Below, piece by piece: positions 12,708-25,800 of a stretch of DNA of 64,000 nucleotides. Both the position numbers and the translations under genes were made by a program. Positions within the stretch are counted from its first letter, which is position 1; the number at the start of each line of letters is the position of its first letter. The DNA is from Monocercomonoides exilis PA203 (taxonomy: Eukaryota; Protista; Preaxostyla): assembly GCA_001643675.2 (NCBI GenBank), contig LSRY02000013.1, forward strand, positions 620,001-684,000, in the 5' to 3' direction. The notes beneath the pieces are model-generated. The model had not been told where the DNA came from and did no database searches. It was given only the letters and a program-made list of their open reading frames with translations.

Positions 12708-13729
12708 CACCAAAAATTATTCAAAATCGAAAAACTTTCAACCAAAGTCGAAAAACTTTCAAACGAAATCGAAAATTATTATTCAAAGTCGGAAAACTTT
12801 CATTCAAAGTCGAAAACTTTCATTCGAAGTCGAAAAAGTTTCAATCAAAGTCGAAAATTTTCATTCAAAGTCGAAAAAGTTTCAAACGAAATCGAAAAAC
12901 TTTCAATCGAAATCGAAAAACTTTCAATCGAAATCGAAAAACTTTCAAGCAAAGTCGAAAGTTCGAAATTTTTCAAAATTTCAAAGAGTTGACAAAATTC
13001 AATAAAAGTCAAAAAACATTTTTATTTTTTGAAATATCAATGATATTTGTTATTTTAATGATTTTTCATCTTTTTTCCGATGTTTTTCTTTGCCTTCTTT
13101 TGTCCAATTACAAAAATTTTTAAATATGAAAGATATAATGACATATTTTTATAATATTTCAATTGAAATGCACTGCTTTTCAAAAGATTAGAAAAAAATT
13201 TTTATTCATATTTTTTCACAATTTATGAAGAATGATGAACTCAAAATTGGATTTCATATTTCGAGTTTTTCATATCAAAATATTCATTTAATATGGAAGG
13301 AAACAAATGTTTAAAAATTTGTCTAGAGTTCATTAAAGAGTTTATTTTGATTCTAACTCCTCATATTTTGCAGAAATCAACAACACACACATTGCTGATA
13401 ATATTCACAAAAACAAAAGAACAAAGATCCTCTTCAATTGAATTTTCTATATTAATCGTTCATTTTTTTGTCAAGGTTTCGATTTCGGTTGAAAGTTTTT
13501 CGATTTCGATTGAAAGTTTTTCGATTTCGTTTGAAACTTTTTCGACTTTGAATGAAAATTTTCGACTTTGATTGAAACTTTTTCGACTTCGAATGAAAGT
13601 TTTCGACTTTGAATGAAAGTTTTCCGACTTTGAATAATAATTTTCGATTTCGTTTGAAAGTTTTTAGACTTTGGTTGAAAGTTTTTCGATTTTGATTGAA
13701 AGTTTTTCGACTTTGAATTATTTTTGGTG
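12708..13729. mobile_element. Non-autonomous foldback-like DNA element with ~260-bp TIRs made of ~20-21-bp tandem units
   Basis: Begins CACCAAAAA and ends TTTTTGGTG. The left array (TCAAAGTCGAAAAACTTTCA-like, ~12721-12970) is mirrored by the right array (~13475-13718). Flanks are TATTA and TATTG. No transposase ORF inside. Confidence 0.75.
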
Positions 13730-14619
13730 TATTGATGGAGATAAAAAAAAGTCAGGATTTTTTTTGATTATTTATTTTTTGAAAAAGAAGAAAAAAAAAA
13801 AAACAAAAAAATAAATTCTTCAATTTATTTTTTGTAATTTTGCGAAATGATGAAAATTGATTTTTTTTATGTTATCACATGTGTTGGTGTTGGCATTGTT
13901 GGATTTCGCCTCAATATTTTTTGGAAAAGACGTCTCTGGAACTGTTTTTCAGAAGATTCAGATTTGAATCGTTGATTGAGATATGGCTGAATGTTACAGA
14001 TTAACATGTTAATGGATTTGATGAAAGCCACATGAACTGCACCATTGGAAATTGCATAACTAATACTATTTCTGGACATGCGAACTTCATTTAGATGCAT
14101 TCTGAAACAAATACCGAACAAAAAAGTGTAGATTGTCAAGCCTTTTCTTTCGCAGTTTTGCTATAAGTTATTTATCAACAGCAGTTCAAATAGGATTTGA
14201 TGCGTCATGTCTGTTTTTTTTTAAAGTTTCAGCTTGCACATTGACCATCAAACGCTTTGTTCTTTTGTATTCTTCAATGCACTTGAACAATCGCGGATCA
14301 AGGCTGGTTGAGATCGCCGGAGCAGAAGAAATGGTACTAAATCAACTGTTCATATCTTCAGGAAGCTCACTCTCTTCAAAAACATCGATTCACATTGAGA
14401 TGATTTATATTTGAAATCAATAATTATTTTGGAATATGTAACCCGAGCAAAGATCATCTCAAATATTTCGTTGTTTACACATTTTGTCCAATAAAAGTTT
14501 CATTTAAGCATTTTGAATTTGTTTTTTATAGGATTGAAATAATAATTGTGAATGTGCATGTTACTTATTACAAAAGAAAGAGATAGACGCAAATGCATGG
14601 GAACAAGGTTAAGCAAATG

Positions 14620-15450
14620 AAGGTTGAGTTATTGTTCTTTGAGCATCTCCCTTCTCAAGTGCTCGTCTTGCTGTCTGTGCTGCATGCTACGCCTTCCGCT
14701 CGCATGCAACGAACCCCACGGCCCTCGCGATGAGATGCCCGGACAGCTGGAACAGAACACCGCACTTCCCCTCAAAGTCAAACGTGATGTTGTATTCCCG
14801 GCAGTTCGAAAAGAACTGCCCGTGCAGCACATGCGACAGCTCCTGTTGGTAGAACGGCTACACAATCACAAAGCTGCGTGTCGCCGCCGGAGAGAGACAG
14901 GCACACGCCTGTGCAGAGGCACAGGCTGAGCCACACGCCGCCTGAGGAGACACTCTCTCCACACCTGCCACCTGGCGCGGCGAGGCCGACCTGTGTGCTC
15001 CGCTCGAACATCCCTGAGTCCGAGCACAGGCAGAATGCGCAGAATCAGAGGACGGAGCACGCACATGCAAAGGAGCAGTGCAGGCGCGGAACGGAAGGAG
15101 GTAGTTTCCAGACGCGATCTCGATGCCCCCCCTGCAGCAGATACGACATCCACCGGAACGCCGACGACGCTGCCAGCGGGCCCACCGAAAGATCCACTGC
15201 ACACATCCGCAGCGACTCACACTCGTCCACAAACACACAATACGAAACACTAAACACCACAATCATCCTTTTCCTGTGAACATTCTTCCAGATCCCATTC
15301 ATAACGTCCCACAGATCTATCGACGGCACACTTTTGTGCAACACAACAATCCTAACAACAACAAACACATCCATCGTATTTCTCTGCTTGTCAAAATTTT
15401 TATGCAACAATGTTTCATTTGATACCAAATATCCGCTCCCACCCCATCCC
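14620..15450 (-). pseudogene. GC-rich degraded coding-like segment of unknown identity
   Basis: Abrupt GC-rich island with protein-like pieces (e.g. PFYQQELSHVLHGQFFSNCREYNITFDFEGKCGVLFQ) broken by stops and frameshifts. No motif recognised. Confidence 0.3.
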
Positions 15451-16620
15451 CTTCTCTTCTCTTCTCTTCTCTCTCCTCCCAAACGGCTGCTTTCAAATGA
15501 ATGTTGCAGGCATCATCACATTGGCTGCATCATCACTTCCACAATTTTCTTCTCCATAATCAGCTCCATAATCACCATCTTCCTCATCAGTTAATCTCAC
15601 CCGCTCTCAAGTGTTCTCACAAAAAAATCATCATTCATTCTGGCTGATTCAATTCTATCTTTAACTTTTCTTTGCCTTTCAAAAATTGAAAATGAAGTCA
15701 TACTCAGTTTTTTTGCTTTTCTCACTTTCACATAATTGAATGCCTTTTTTATATTGATCATGTTCCTTGTTTTTATGTTGATTTCAACTTATTGATTTTG
15801 ATAACAAGGAATAATGAAACCCTTCGTTTTATCAGTGAATCATCTCGCTGAATATTTTCTAGTTTGCTAAATGAAACGACTACATAAAAGTTAAGAAATT
15901 TGTCGAAAAATATAGAAAAGGATTGAGACTTATGATAACCATTAAATTCATTTTCTCTGTCAATTGTAATAATTAAAGGATTTTCAATGTTTTGTTTTTG
16001 AAAATAAAAGATAATAATCGAAAACATTTCAGTTTATTGTAAATATTTCAAATAATAAAATCCACTATTATTTTGTTTGGAAGCAAAGTTAACTTCGCAG
16101 AGATCGCACGATTCAGTCATGTGGTGCTAACAACATATCAACGAATTTGTTTAATTCATCATTTTTTGATGACTCGACTGATCTTTGTCAATCGACTGAT
16201 CTCGACAAAGATCTTTCGATAACCCGTTGAAATTTCAAAAAATCGATTAATAAAATATTTATTTGTTCGAATTGTGTGAAAATAAAATAAATTAATAATT
16301 TATAATTAATTGAATAAAAACAGAAAAACTTAATCTTGATTTGTTGTTTTTTCAATTATCAAAAATAATAATAATAATATTAATATTAATAATAATAATT
16401 CGATCATTTCATCCATAACTCATAAAGAAAAAAGATAAAACATCGCATTTTCGGCAAATACTTGCCAATGGAAATGCAAAACCCGATGGTGTGAAAGCTG
16501 ACATTTTTATGATTCTGTTTGAGTTTGACCTGTTCGCCAATTTCTTCAATCCAAACATGTGAACTTTCAACGTGAATGATAATAATGTTGCTGTTTTCTG
16601 GCTGCGATGTATTTTCAAAA

Positions 16621-18026
16621 ATGCAGGAGACGAACAACACAAAAAAATTCACAGGTTTTCAATTGCAGCTGCATTTGAATTTTTTATTTATTTTTCTTTT
16701 TTTTTTTCATCAAAGAAATGTTTTCTGAACTGGAGCATTGCACAGAGGAAGATCAAAAGCAGAAAATTGAAGAAATGAATGAAGTGATTGATGAAATGTA
16801 TGGAATAGAAATTCATTGGACTTTCACAAAAGATTTGTTCAACAAAATGAACGAAATGATTGAAGAAAGGAAAATACCTATGGAGAATGTCATTATACTG
16901 TTGAAGCATTTGGGATATAGAGCAGTTTTGATTGGATATATGTTCGGCCACCATTGCTTTTCTTCACTGAGCGAAAGATTAAAAAAGATGATAATCGAAG
17001 AAGATGAGAAAAAAGAAGAAAAGAATGAAAAGCTTTTGGTTTCCCTTTGTGAGTGTCATCTTTTGCTTGATAATGCATTACCTTCGAAGTTGACTTCAAT
17101 TTGCATGTCTTGCCTTCAAAAAGTTGCATCGAAGAAAGAGGAAAACGAGGATGTTCAAAAAGAAGTTGAAATGGCATTATTTGCTTTGAACAAAATTTAT
17201 TCATCAAACGTGTGTTTATTTAATATTTTTTTGACTGGTTTATTTTATTGTTATTTTTTGTTAGGGAAATGAAAAAGACTTGATTTTGAAAATTATCACA
17301 GAAATTATCAAATATCATCAAGAGCATCACAACCTGACTCAACTTGCCTATCAATCTGCTTGGATGTTTTTGATAAACCGATTACACCAAGATGAAAGCT
17401 TGGAAGAAGTGATTGTGAATGAGCTTCATTTTATAAGAGAGGAGGAAAGAGAGCTTGAAGATCTGTCAAAATGTGTTAATTGGAAGAAAAAAGAAGAAGA
17501 AAGAGCAAATGAAAAGAAAGAAGTGTTTATTATAAGGAGATGGATCCGAACGTTTAAGACTTTCCTTTTCTGCTGTCGATTGCAGAATGAAAAGTTTCTT
17601 GTTATTATTGAAAGCATTGTGCAGGCATATCGAGCAGCAAAGGATAATTACGGAGAAATTGGCAAAGAATGCGTTTGTTCATTGGGAGATGCAGTAAGAA
17701 ACGGAGCAGTTAAAATTGATGATTTGTTGAAAGGAGGAGCAGTTGATTCTGTTTTGAAGGAGATTCAACAAACAACAAATGAAAACTTAACCGCCTGTAT
17801 TTGTTTGGAATTCTATTTGAAGATTTCAGAAAGATTGAAAGGAAACTCAGATGATGAAATGGAAGAAGAGAAAAGAAAAGAGATGAAGAGGAAAATGCAA
17901 GAAGTCATTGAAGAAGAAGGATACGAAGATACCATCACAAGCTTTTATGAAAAATTTGATTTTCTTAGCAGACACTATTGTGATAGATTATCATTGAATA
18001 TTTCAGATTATTTTGTATTCGTTTGA
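16621..18026 (+). CDS. Uncharacterised alpha-helical (possibly ARM/HEAT-like) protein of a lineage-specific family; exons 16621-16654, 16716-17209, 17265-18026
   Basis: GT-AG introns 16655-16715 and 17210-17264 join MQETNNTKKFT-E-MFSELEHC... and ORF 17280..18026 in frame. The sequence is E/K/L-rich. Confidence 0.75.
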
Positions 18027-18198
18027 ATCAAAAGTGCTTTTTCTATTTCAAACTTTTCGGAAATTGTTTTTGTTCAGTCAGAAAAAGAAAGGAAACAGAA
18101 GAAGAAGAAGAAGAAGAAGAGAGGAGGAAATTGACAGACAGTCGGAAAGCGTCTTTTTCAGCGGTTTGAGCTATATCAATTCATTCTACATCTATCTT

Positions 18199-18199
18199 C

Positions 18200-18273
<74 letters not shown>

Positions 18274-18357
18274 CTTCTTCTTCTTCTTCTTCTTCTTCTT
18301 CTTCTTCTTCTTCTTCTTCTTCTTCTTCTTCTTCTTCTTCTTCTTCTTCTTCTTCTT
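18199..18357 (+). repeat. Compound microsatellite (CAA)15(CTT)38
   Basis: Direct read. It is followed by degenerate CTT/CGT repeats to ~18480 and preceded by (AGA)n at ~18097-18120. Confidence 0.95.
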
Positions 18358-21300
18358 CATTTATTTTGTTTTCTTCGTCTTCTTCTTCACCTTCTTTTTC
18401 TTCTTCGTCTTCTTCGTCTTCGTCTTTTTCATTGTCCTTCTCGTCGTCATTTTCTTCCTCTTCCTCCTCCTTATCCTTCTTCTCTCCATCAGTTCTCCTT
18501 TTATTCGAAATAATTTCCGTTAAAGCCAACTTCTTTTATTGTCATCATCTTCTATTTTTTCTATCGTCTCACCGATGTCAGAGGCAATACAAATCGTGTA
18601 ATTGCTCTTCTGCTGTCTCTTCAACACCAACAGCCACATACATCATTTGCAAAGTATGCGTTTTGTGCTCGTTTTGTGCTCGTTTTGGATGGCATTGACG
18701 AAGCTGCGAACAATTTGAGAAGAACATTTGGAAATAAACAGGAGCGCGTCTTCATCAAAAGAGCAGAGAATGCAAATGGCTGAAGGCAGAGCAGAAGAAC
18801 AGTAGCTGACTATTACGTTAATCAAGGCAAATGGAAGCGAAGTTTGTGTGTCTTCTCAGTCGGACTGAGATATAACAAGAAATGGAACAGTCTTTCTCTT
18901 CCTCAACGATAACTGGAAATTCACCCGTTTTGGAAGGAATCGGGGCAATCATTTTGTGAAAGCCATGTATGAAGATGCGTTTGAGGTAAATTCTGTTGAG
19001 CTGCTGAATGAAGATGTGTAAGAAGAGGGGGAAACAGTAATTGGAGCCATTGAGAGTTTTGGAGATGGTGCACATGAATAACAGGAAAAAAAATTCAGCT
19101 TTCATAAAGTTTTGTGAGTCATGCGATTGATGAGATGCTCGGCATCGAGGAAGAAGATGATTATGATGAGAAGGAAGGCTGTTGGAGGGAGAGAAGCAAT
19201 TTGGTTTGTTCATTGGACGAGGGGCAGCTTCAATCTCAGCAAGGCCAAGGTATTGTTTGGTCTCTATCAGCCAGACGAATCATTAGAGACTTTTTTAACA
19301 TGGATAAAGGCCAAAAGGAAACATCACTTTTTTTTATTAATATTTTGGAAAGAAAGAAGAAGACTTACTGTTTGAGATGAATAACTGAAGGGAAGCAAAA
19401 GAGAAGAAGGATTGAGACATTCATTGTTTGAAGGCTGGTGCGCATGGACTTCATTCGAATGGGATGCAGCATCGATTTTGCCAGGTGAAGCAACAGATTG
19501 GAGAATATCATTTGCCATTGACAACACCAATGATGCAAATGGAGATATTTTATGGAGGAAAAGAAAGAGTCAATGTTATTATTATTGAAAGGAGAAAGAA
19601 AGGAAACACAAAAATTTAAGATGATGCTAAGGAGCATTAAAGCGGGTGAGAAGACAAAGGGAAGAAAAAAGTGAATAAAAAGTGCATATTCAGCTGAATC
19701 GACAGGAAAACGTTGTGAAAATTCTTCACTCGAAGATATCACCTTCATTAGCATTATTCCATCTGATAGCGCACCAGTTGCATCAGAAATGTTTTGATGG
19801 TCAATGAATGTTTCATGCCATGCACAATATGTTTTATATACAGCGCTGTTAATTTTGGCGATTCTTTTTTTGCTGAATATTCTGCTGGAAATACAGCTGA
19901 CTTCTTCTCATTTGGCTCAACTTCCCTACGAGCCACTCCAACAGAGAGAGTTTTTTATTCACAATATCTGCTCATCTTCTTCTTCATATTTTATTGCTAA
20001 CAGCCGTATTTGGCAATCTTCTCCTGCATCGTCTTCGTCTTCTTCCTTCTTTGGGATACGAAATGAGCGAAGATTGAGTGAGTCTGTCAAAATCCACTCT
20101 TTTTGAGCATTGCTCGATTAGACATCGCTTTTGGAGATTCTTTTTTTGGAAATCATTTCTAACATTCACGTCAACACAGATGAATGAAACAAGGAGAAGA
20201 TGGCAAAAGAATGAAAATAATTACACAGAGAAGACAAGAAAGTCAGTCCAACAGAAATGAGAGACAAATCACTTTCACAGAAATGGATCTGGCACTTTCT
20301 TTTCATTATTTATTTTGAGATTCATCGACGCGTTCTGACAGAACAACCATTTGATTTGCGATTCAATTTGTAGGGCATTAGAAGCTGAAGGCAGATATTG
20401 AATATCAGATGGCATTTATTTCATTGAAACCTTCTCCGTTCTTCATTGGTTATTCAATAAACTCTCTCACTCACTGATTTTTTCTTCAACATTTCTTCCA
20501 TCTGCCAATTCTGCTGCTGATTTCTCGTTCAATGTTCATCTCTCTTGAAGCTCATCTCTTTCGATCAAAATCATCATTGTTCATCTTCTTCATCAACATT
20601 TTTCTAAAACACATTTTATATCAAATTTTTCACGGCAAATCTTAAACAAACATGAAACACTCCACAACTGATATTTCTTTAACTCTTCATATGAAGGAAT
20701 TCTATGTGAGAAAGCAGTCGTTGCATTGAATTCTGATAAATTAGCAATAGTTTAATCATCATATTTGTCTTCTTCTTCTTTGTCGTCTTCTTCGTATTTA
20801 TTGTTGTTCATCTCACTTTATATTAGATTGAAGATTGAATTTTTGATGAATTTGAGCAGTTCAATCGTCAGAGCCACTTAACCAAGTCGAAAATTATTTT
20901 TCATTTTTTCCTTCGCCCCAGCAAACCAATCATTTAAAAATACTCGATTTTTGTTTTTTGCTTGCAATCTTGATTGTGAAATGTCTTTTTGAGATATTCG
21001 TTTTCTTTCATTTTATCTTCATCATCTTCAAAACTGACTTTGATGGAACACAAAAAATACATTTATTTCAGATTCGTTCAACCACTGCCAGTTCCAACAT
21101 CGGGTTTCTCCTTCAACATCAATTTGGAAACGCAAAAAGAAATATTAATTCCATCGCGGAATTTCAGCTGAAATTATGAAAATAAAAGAGATTCTGTATT
21201 AATCCGAGAAAAGGCGATCGGCTTGAGCTCAACAAAAAAGGAGATTAATTCTGGCTTTTTCATTTCAAAGCTGAAGTTTGCACCGAAAACAGAAAGAGCA

Positions 21301-21489
21301 AGGTTGAAAAAGATTTCTTTGAACAAACAGTTGCAGGAATGGTTTTCGAGATATTTCACAAGGTCGCATGCCTTCAAAAAGTCTCAGAAAACGAAACGAT
21401 GAGGGAAACATATTTATTCGAAAATTCATTTTTGAAGAGAATTTCTATGAAACAGGGGAATAAACCTCCGACAAGCAATGTTGATTTAA

Positions 21490-22285
21490 TCAAATGCACA
21501 TATGAGATGCTTTCTTCTTTTTTTTGTGTTTCATATCTTCAATTTTCTTCGACTCTGCCGTAAGCTCACTAATTTTCTTGAAAGTCGGTTCATGCAATAA
21601 TATCAGCTTTATTATTAGCATCTTCTTTAGAAGCCCTGCCGTATTGTGCACGCTCTTGTGGAAAGTCTTTGCGAACTCGCGTTGTATTTCTTTGATGTCA
21701 AGCTTTCCATCATCATGCTTATAACTAGCAATATTCCCTTCAAGAAATACGAACAAATCGACATTCCAAACACCGAATGCTTCTGTTCTGTCATGTCCAA
21801 CAACCGAGTTGTCTTTCTGAGTGATGCTTCTCATGAAGGCAAACAAAGGCTCTTTCACAGAAGCGACAAATGATTCGCACACAAAATACAGATCTCTTCC
21901 GACACAGGCCTTGTTGGCTGAAAACACGATATTGGTGATGGAAAAGGTTGTGGATGACACTTCTGAATCATCCTTGTACTCGATCATGAGAGCTCCGCCT
22001 CTTCCTCCAGAACTTGTATCCTCGCTCACAGAGCAGGTGGAGAAATTGGTGTCACTCACAGAAAATGTGTTGGCAGGGGCAGATGAGGCGAATGAGATGC
22101 ACCCGCCATTGGTGGCAGTCTGTTGGCTCAATTGTTCTGAGTTGATGTTGGAGATGGTGCAGTTGGTGAGGGAGAGGGAGAGGGCAGGGGAGGCTGCAGA
22201 GGAGAGAACACAGCTAGCGTGGGAGGCTGTGGAGGTTATGTGAGTGATGTTGGAGGAGTTGAGGGTGAGAAGGAGGAAGATAAAA
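21490..22285 (-). pseudogene. Fragment of the giant beta-helix surface-protein family
   Basis: NGGCISF...CSVSEDTSSGGRGGALMI...FSANKACVGRDLYFVC...VDLFVFL matches the second half of the repeat module in the two giant ORFs. No signal peptide or TM/kinase tail. The last ~70 codons look unrelated. Confidence 0.65.
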
Positions 22286-22815
22286 AAACGACTAAATGCT
22301 TATGGAGGAGAAGAAAATGCAAAATCTTTTTGTGTAGGAGGAGTAATTTCTGATGAATTGAAAATAGAAATTAGTTTGTTGAAAGAAGAAATATTTCAAT
22401 AATTCTTTTTTCAAAAATCATTCACATTGAGTAGAGTAATTCGTTCTGAACTTGAGTGAAAAAGAGTGTATTTTTATCGAATAAACCACATTATCAGAAA
22501 CTTCATTGGACAATTACAGTGCTATCCCGAAATTGAAATAAACGCTTTTCCCCCATTTTTCTCCAGATATAAAACTGACTCAATTGCAAGAATGAACACT
22601 GAAATCCATTATTTAAAACTTTAATTTTCTATTATATGTTTATTTATGGATTATATTGATATTGCAATTAAAAATAAAAACAGAAAATTTCTATTATCGC
22701 TGTTTTTTGCTTCCACAAAGTTCTGATTATACTTTCTGAATTGTTTGATTTTTTTTTCAACCAGTTATGGTTTTTTCAACCAAATTTCTCCCATAATGTG
22801 CTTTTTCATAAATCC

Positions 22816-25800
22816 ATGTTATTTATTTTTCTTTCTGTTTTGTACTTCTTAATTGAAATTACACAATGCGAAACACATGAAAACAGGCAAAGCACAACAA
22901 CACTTGGCAGATACGAAAAAACTTCATCGTTTTGCATTTCTGTTGGATGCTCGAGAATTTCTGAAGAAAGTCAATCAACATCTGATGAAAGCGCTGAGAG
23001 AAGAATGGTGGCTTTCCCAACCGAAATAAATACGAGAGAGGTGTTTTGCCACACTTTAGTTGTTTCGTCGATTGCATCTTGCAATTCGTCCATCAGTTGC
23101 TTGAATATTCATTTCCATTCAGTTGGAGGAAGAGAGATTGCATCCTTATTTGGTCAATCAACGTTTTTTGTCAGAAGTTGCCTGTTCTCTTCGCCAAAGC
23201 TATCAACTGATGCTTTCATTCATTCCAGATGTGGATCCATTCGCCTGCTCAATTTGTCTTTGGTTCGATCTCGATCGAATGGCCTTTTTCCTTCATTGGT
23301 TTCATTTCATCCGGAAGATGCACTTCAGGATTATCAAAGCAGACTCGAAATAGCAGACTCGACATTTTCTTCTTTTTCGTTGTGCGATTCAAAACCATTT
23401 GTCCAATCTTCCATTTTGAGCTTCATTTCGATTCAATCCAGTTCCTTCCAGAACATATCCCAACAACATCCCGAGAGAGGCACAAATGACAAAATTTGTG
23501 CATTTTTCTCATTATCGTCCAGCATTGTTTCATCTGTATCCAACCCAACAGAAGGCTGTATTTCACCAAAAGTTTCAGATGGGCAGCTAAATCTTTTTAA
23601 TTCGACATTTTTGAGGTGCTCCAAAACAATTGGTTCAAAAATAAATCACACAGGCTCAGAGAACACACTTGTGGACAATTGCTTGTATGAAAACACCAGC
23701 GGTTCGTTCATAACTCATAATTCAATTGGATCTGCGATTGTCAAAAATACAGATTTCAGAAATTCAACAAATTCTCGATGTATCTATGAAAAGCAAAGTT
23801 GTAAAATGCAATCAATCAACAATACCTTCAATTCAATCAGCTCAACTGGCTACGCATCATGCATCGCGCCTTGTGAAGGAACAGGACCTTTAACTATCCA
23901 GAATAATAACATGACAAATTGCACAGCACTCTGGGGAGGGGGTTGTTGCCACATTCATTCAGGTTTTTCCAATAAAGATCTCATATCAGATTGCTTTTTT
24001 TGCGATTGTTTTACCACCAGTACATATAGTGTATGCAACGGAGGTGGAGCAATTTGGAATGGAGAAGGAGCAAGAGTGTCATATTCCAATGTTATTTTCG
24101 AGAACTGCTGTGCAAATGCAACTGTTGGTGGTGCTATCTGTTTTGATTCAAGAGAAATGACTTTGACACATTACAGTTCACTTTCTTTTTGCTTGTTTGT
24201 TGATTGTAATGCCAACGGTGATGGAAAAGATATCTATGTTAAAAATCCATGGCAAAATGTGTTGAAAGAAAGCCAATTCAAGAATTGCTTGACAAATAGC
24301 TTTTCCTCCACAAATCGTCTTGTTTTTGAAGTTGGAGGTGATAAAAGCGTTTGGATGGAGAAAATTGAAATATTCGTTGACACTTCTGGAAGAGATGTCG
24401 CATTGTGTGGATGGAAGAATTCTCCCTGTTTGACAGTGTGCAACTCTGTCAGTGGTGCTGCTTTAACAAGAAAAGATCGTCCAGCTCATATCAACATTAA
24501 TGCTGGAGCTTATGTGGAGCAGTCACTTTTTGTTGACTCAAAATATCTTTCGTTTGAGGGCTCAACCAATTTTGGAACAAAGTTAAGTGGCAGTTCCTCA
24601 AGCAGCAACGCTCTTTTCCAAATATCATCGGGATATGCTTTCCTGACAGGATTGGCCATCATCAGGAACTCTTCTGCATCCGCATCTCTGCCATTATTCT
24701 CCATTTCCTCCGCTTCTGGAGAGCTTGTGATTGTCTCATGCAAAATATCTGCCGAGTCATCTCAAATATTCCCATTTGCAACAGCATTTGCATCCATTTC
24801 CACTGGCCACTTGATCATGTCAAAAACAACTGTCGAGTCCATGATGTTTTCTGATGTGTCTGCTCTCCGCATTGAGTCATCGACACTGCATTGCTTCTCT
24901 TTTGAGAATACCACTTTCAGAGGCATCACGAGAAATGAAGGAAGCGGATCAGTTTTTGATGTGACTTTGACTTCTGGAGACGAACTGAATTTGGATGAGC
25001 TGGAATTCGAAAGGTGCATGTGCAACAAAGGGAATGGCGGATCTATCAATTGCATCATTGATGCTGGCGGGAAAGTGACAATCGGCTCCACAAAAAGAAT
25101 TGCATTGGAGGAATGCACAGTGCCACAAGATATCATCAACAAAGGGAAAGGAGGTGGAATGCATTTGAAGTTGACCGGACTCTCATCAAACTTTGCAATA
25201 CGCGATGTGATGTTTGGCGGATGCAAAGCTTGGATGGGAGACAGCTTGTTTGTTGATGCAATTTCGTTGAACTCTTCAATAACAAGAATCTCATTGAACT
25301 TTTCACTATCAGGGATGAGCGACGATGATCTGATGGGCTTTGAAGAGCAGTGCAGAACAGATCCTGTTCCACTTCTTGCATATCTTCAGACATTCTCTGG
25401 AACAGCCCTTGTCGGGGGATCAAAAAACAGAGATTTCTCTGGTTGTGGCACAGCCAACTATCCCTGTGGAAGCATTGGATATGCTGCAGCACTTCGCTTT
25501 TCCAATGACAAAAGATACATCACACTGAACCAGAACTTTGAATGGACTGAATCCCTGACATTTAATGTCAATGCATGGGAGGTGAAAAGTCCCACAAGAG
25601 GCAGAGAAATCAAAGTGTTGAGCGAAGGAACAAATGCGTCTGAAGGAATGGTCGCTGTTGAGATTGCAACCTCCCTTTCGAATCTGAGTTTTTCAGCATC
25701 CTCACTGCTTGGACAGCATTCTTGTTTTCTTTTGTGCCAGCGTGAGGAGCTTGCGATGACTGATTGCTCGCTGAAATGTGCATCAAGTGGAAACACAGAA

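Noticed and set aside
12698-13571. ORFs 12698..13123 and 13293..13571
   Set aside because: Translations merely reflect the tandem repeat and AT-rich DNA.
12721-13718. CRISPR-like array
   Set aside because: Units are contiguous with no unique spacers, are mirrored as TIRs, and sit in a eukaryotic context with no cas genes.
16174-16213. Small direct (TCGACTGATCT x2) and inverted (GATCTTTGTC/GACAAAGATC) repeats
   Set aside because: Too short and isolated to support a function.
18013-18698. Poly-Q/L, poly-E/V and poly-S ORFs
   Set aside because: Artefacts of the CAA/CTT microsatellite.
18700-21450. Possible genes in this interval
   Set aside because: Only short stop-riddled protein-like scraps; no consistent exon chain or identifiable product.
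22741-22815. TTG start given by the ORF track for the first giant gene
   Set aside because: In a eukaryotic gene, ATG 22816 directly precedes the signal peptide and gives a length matching the paralog.
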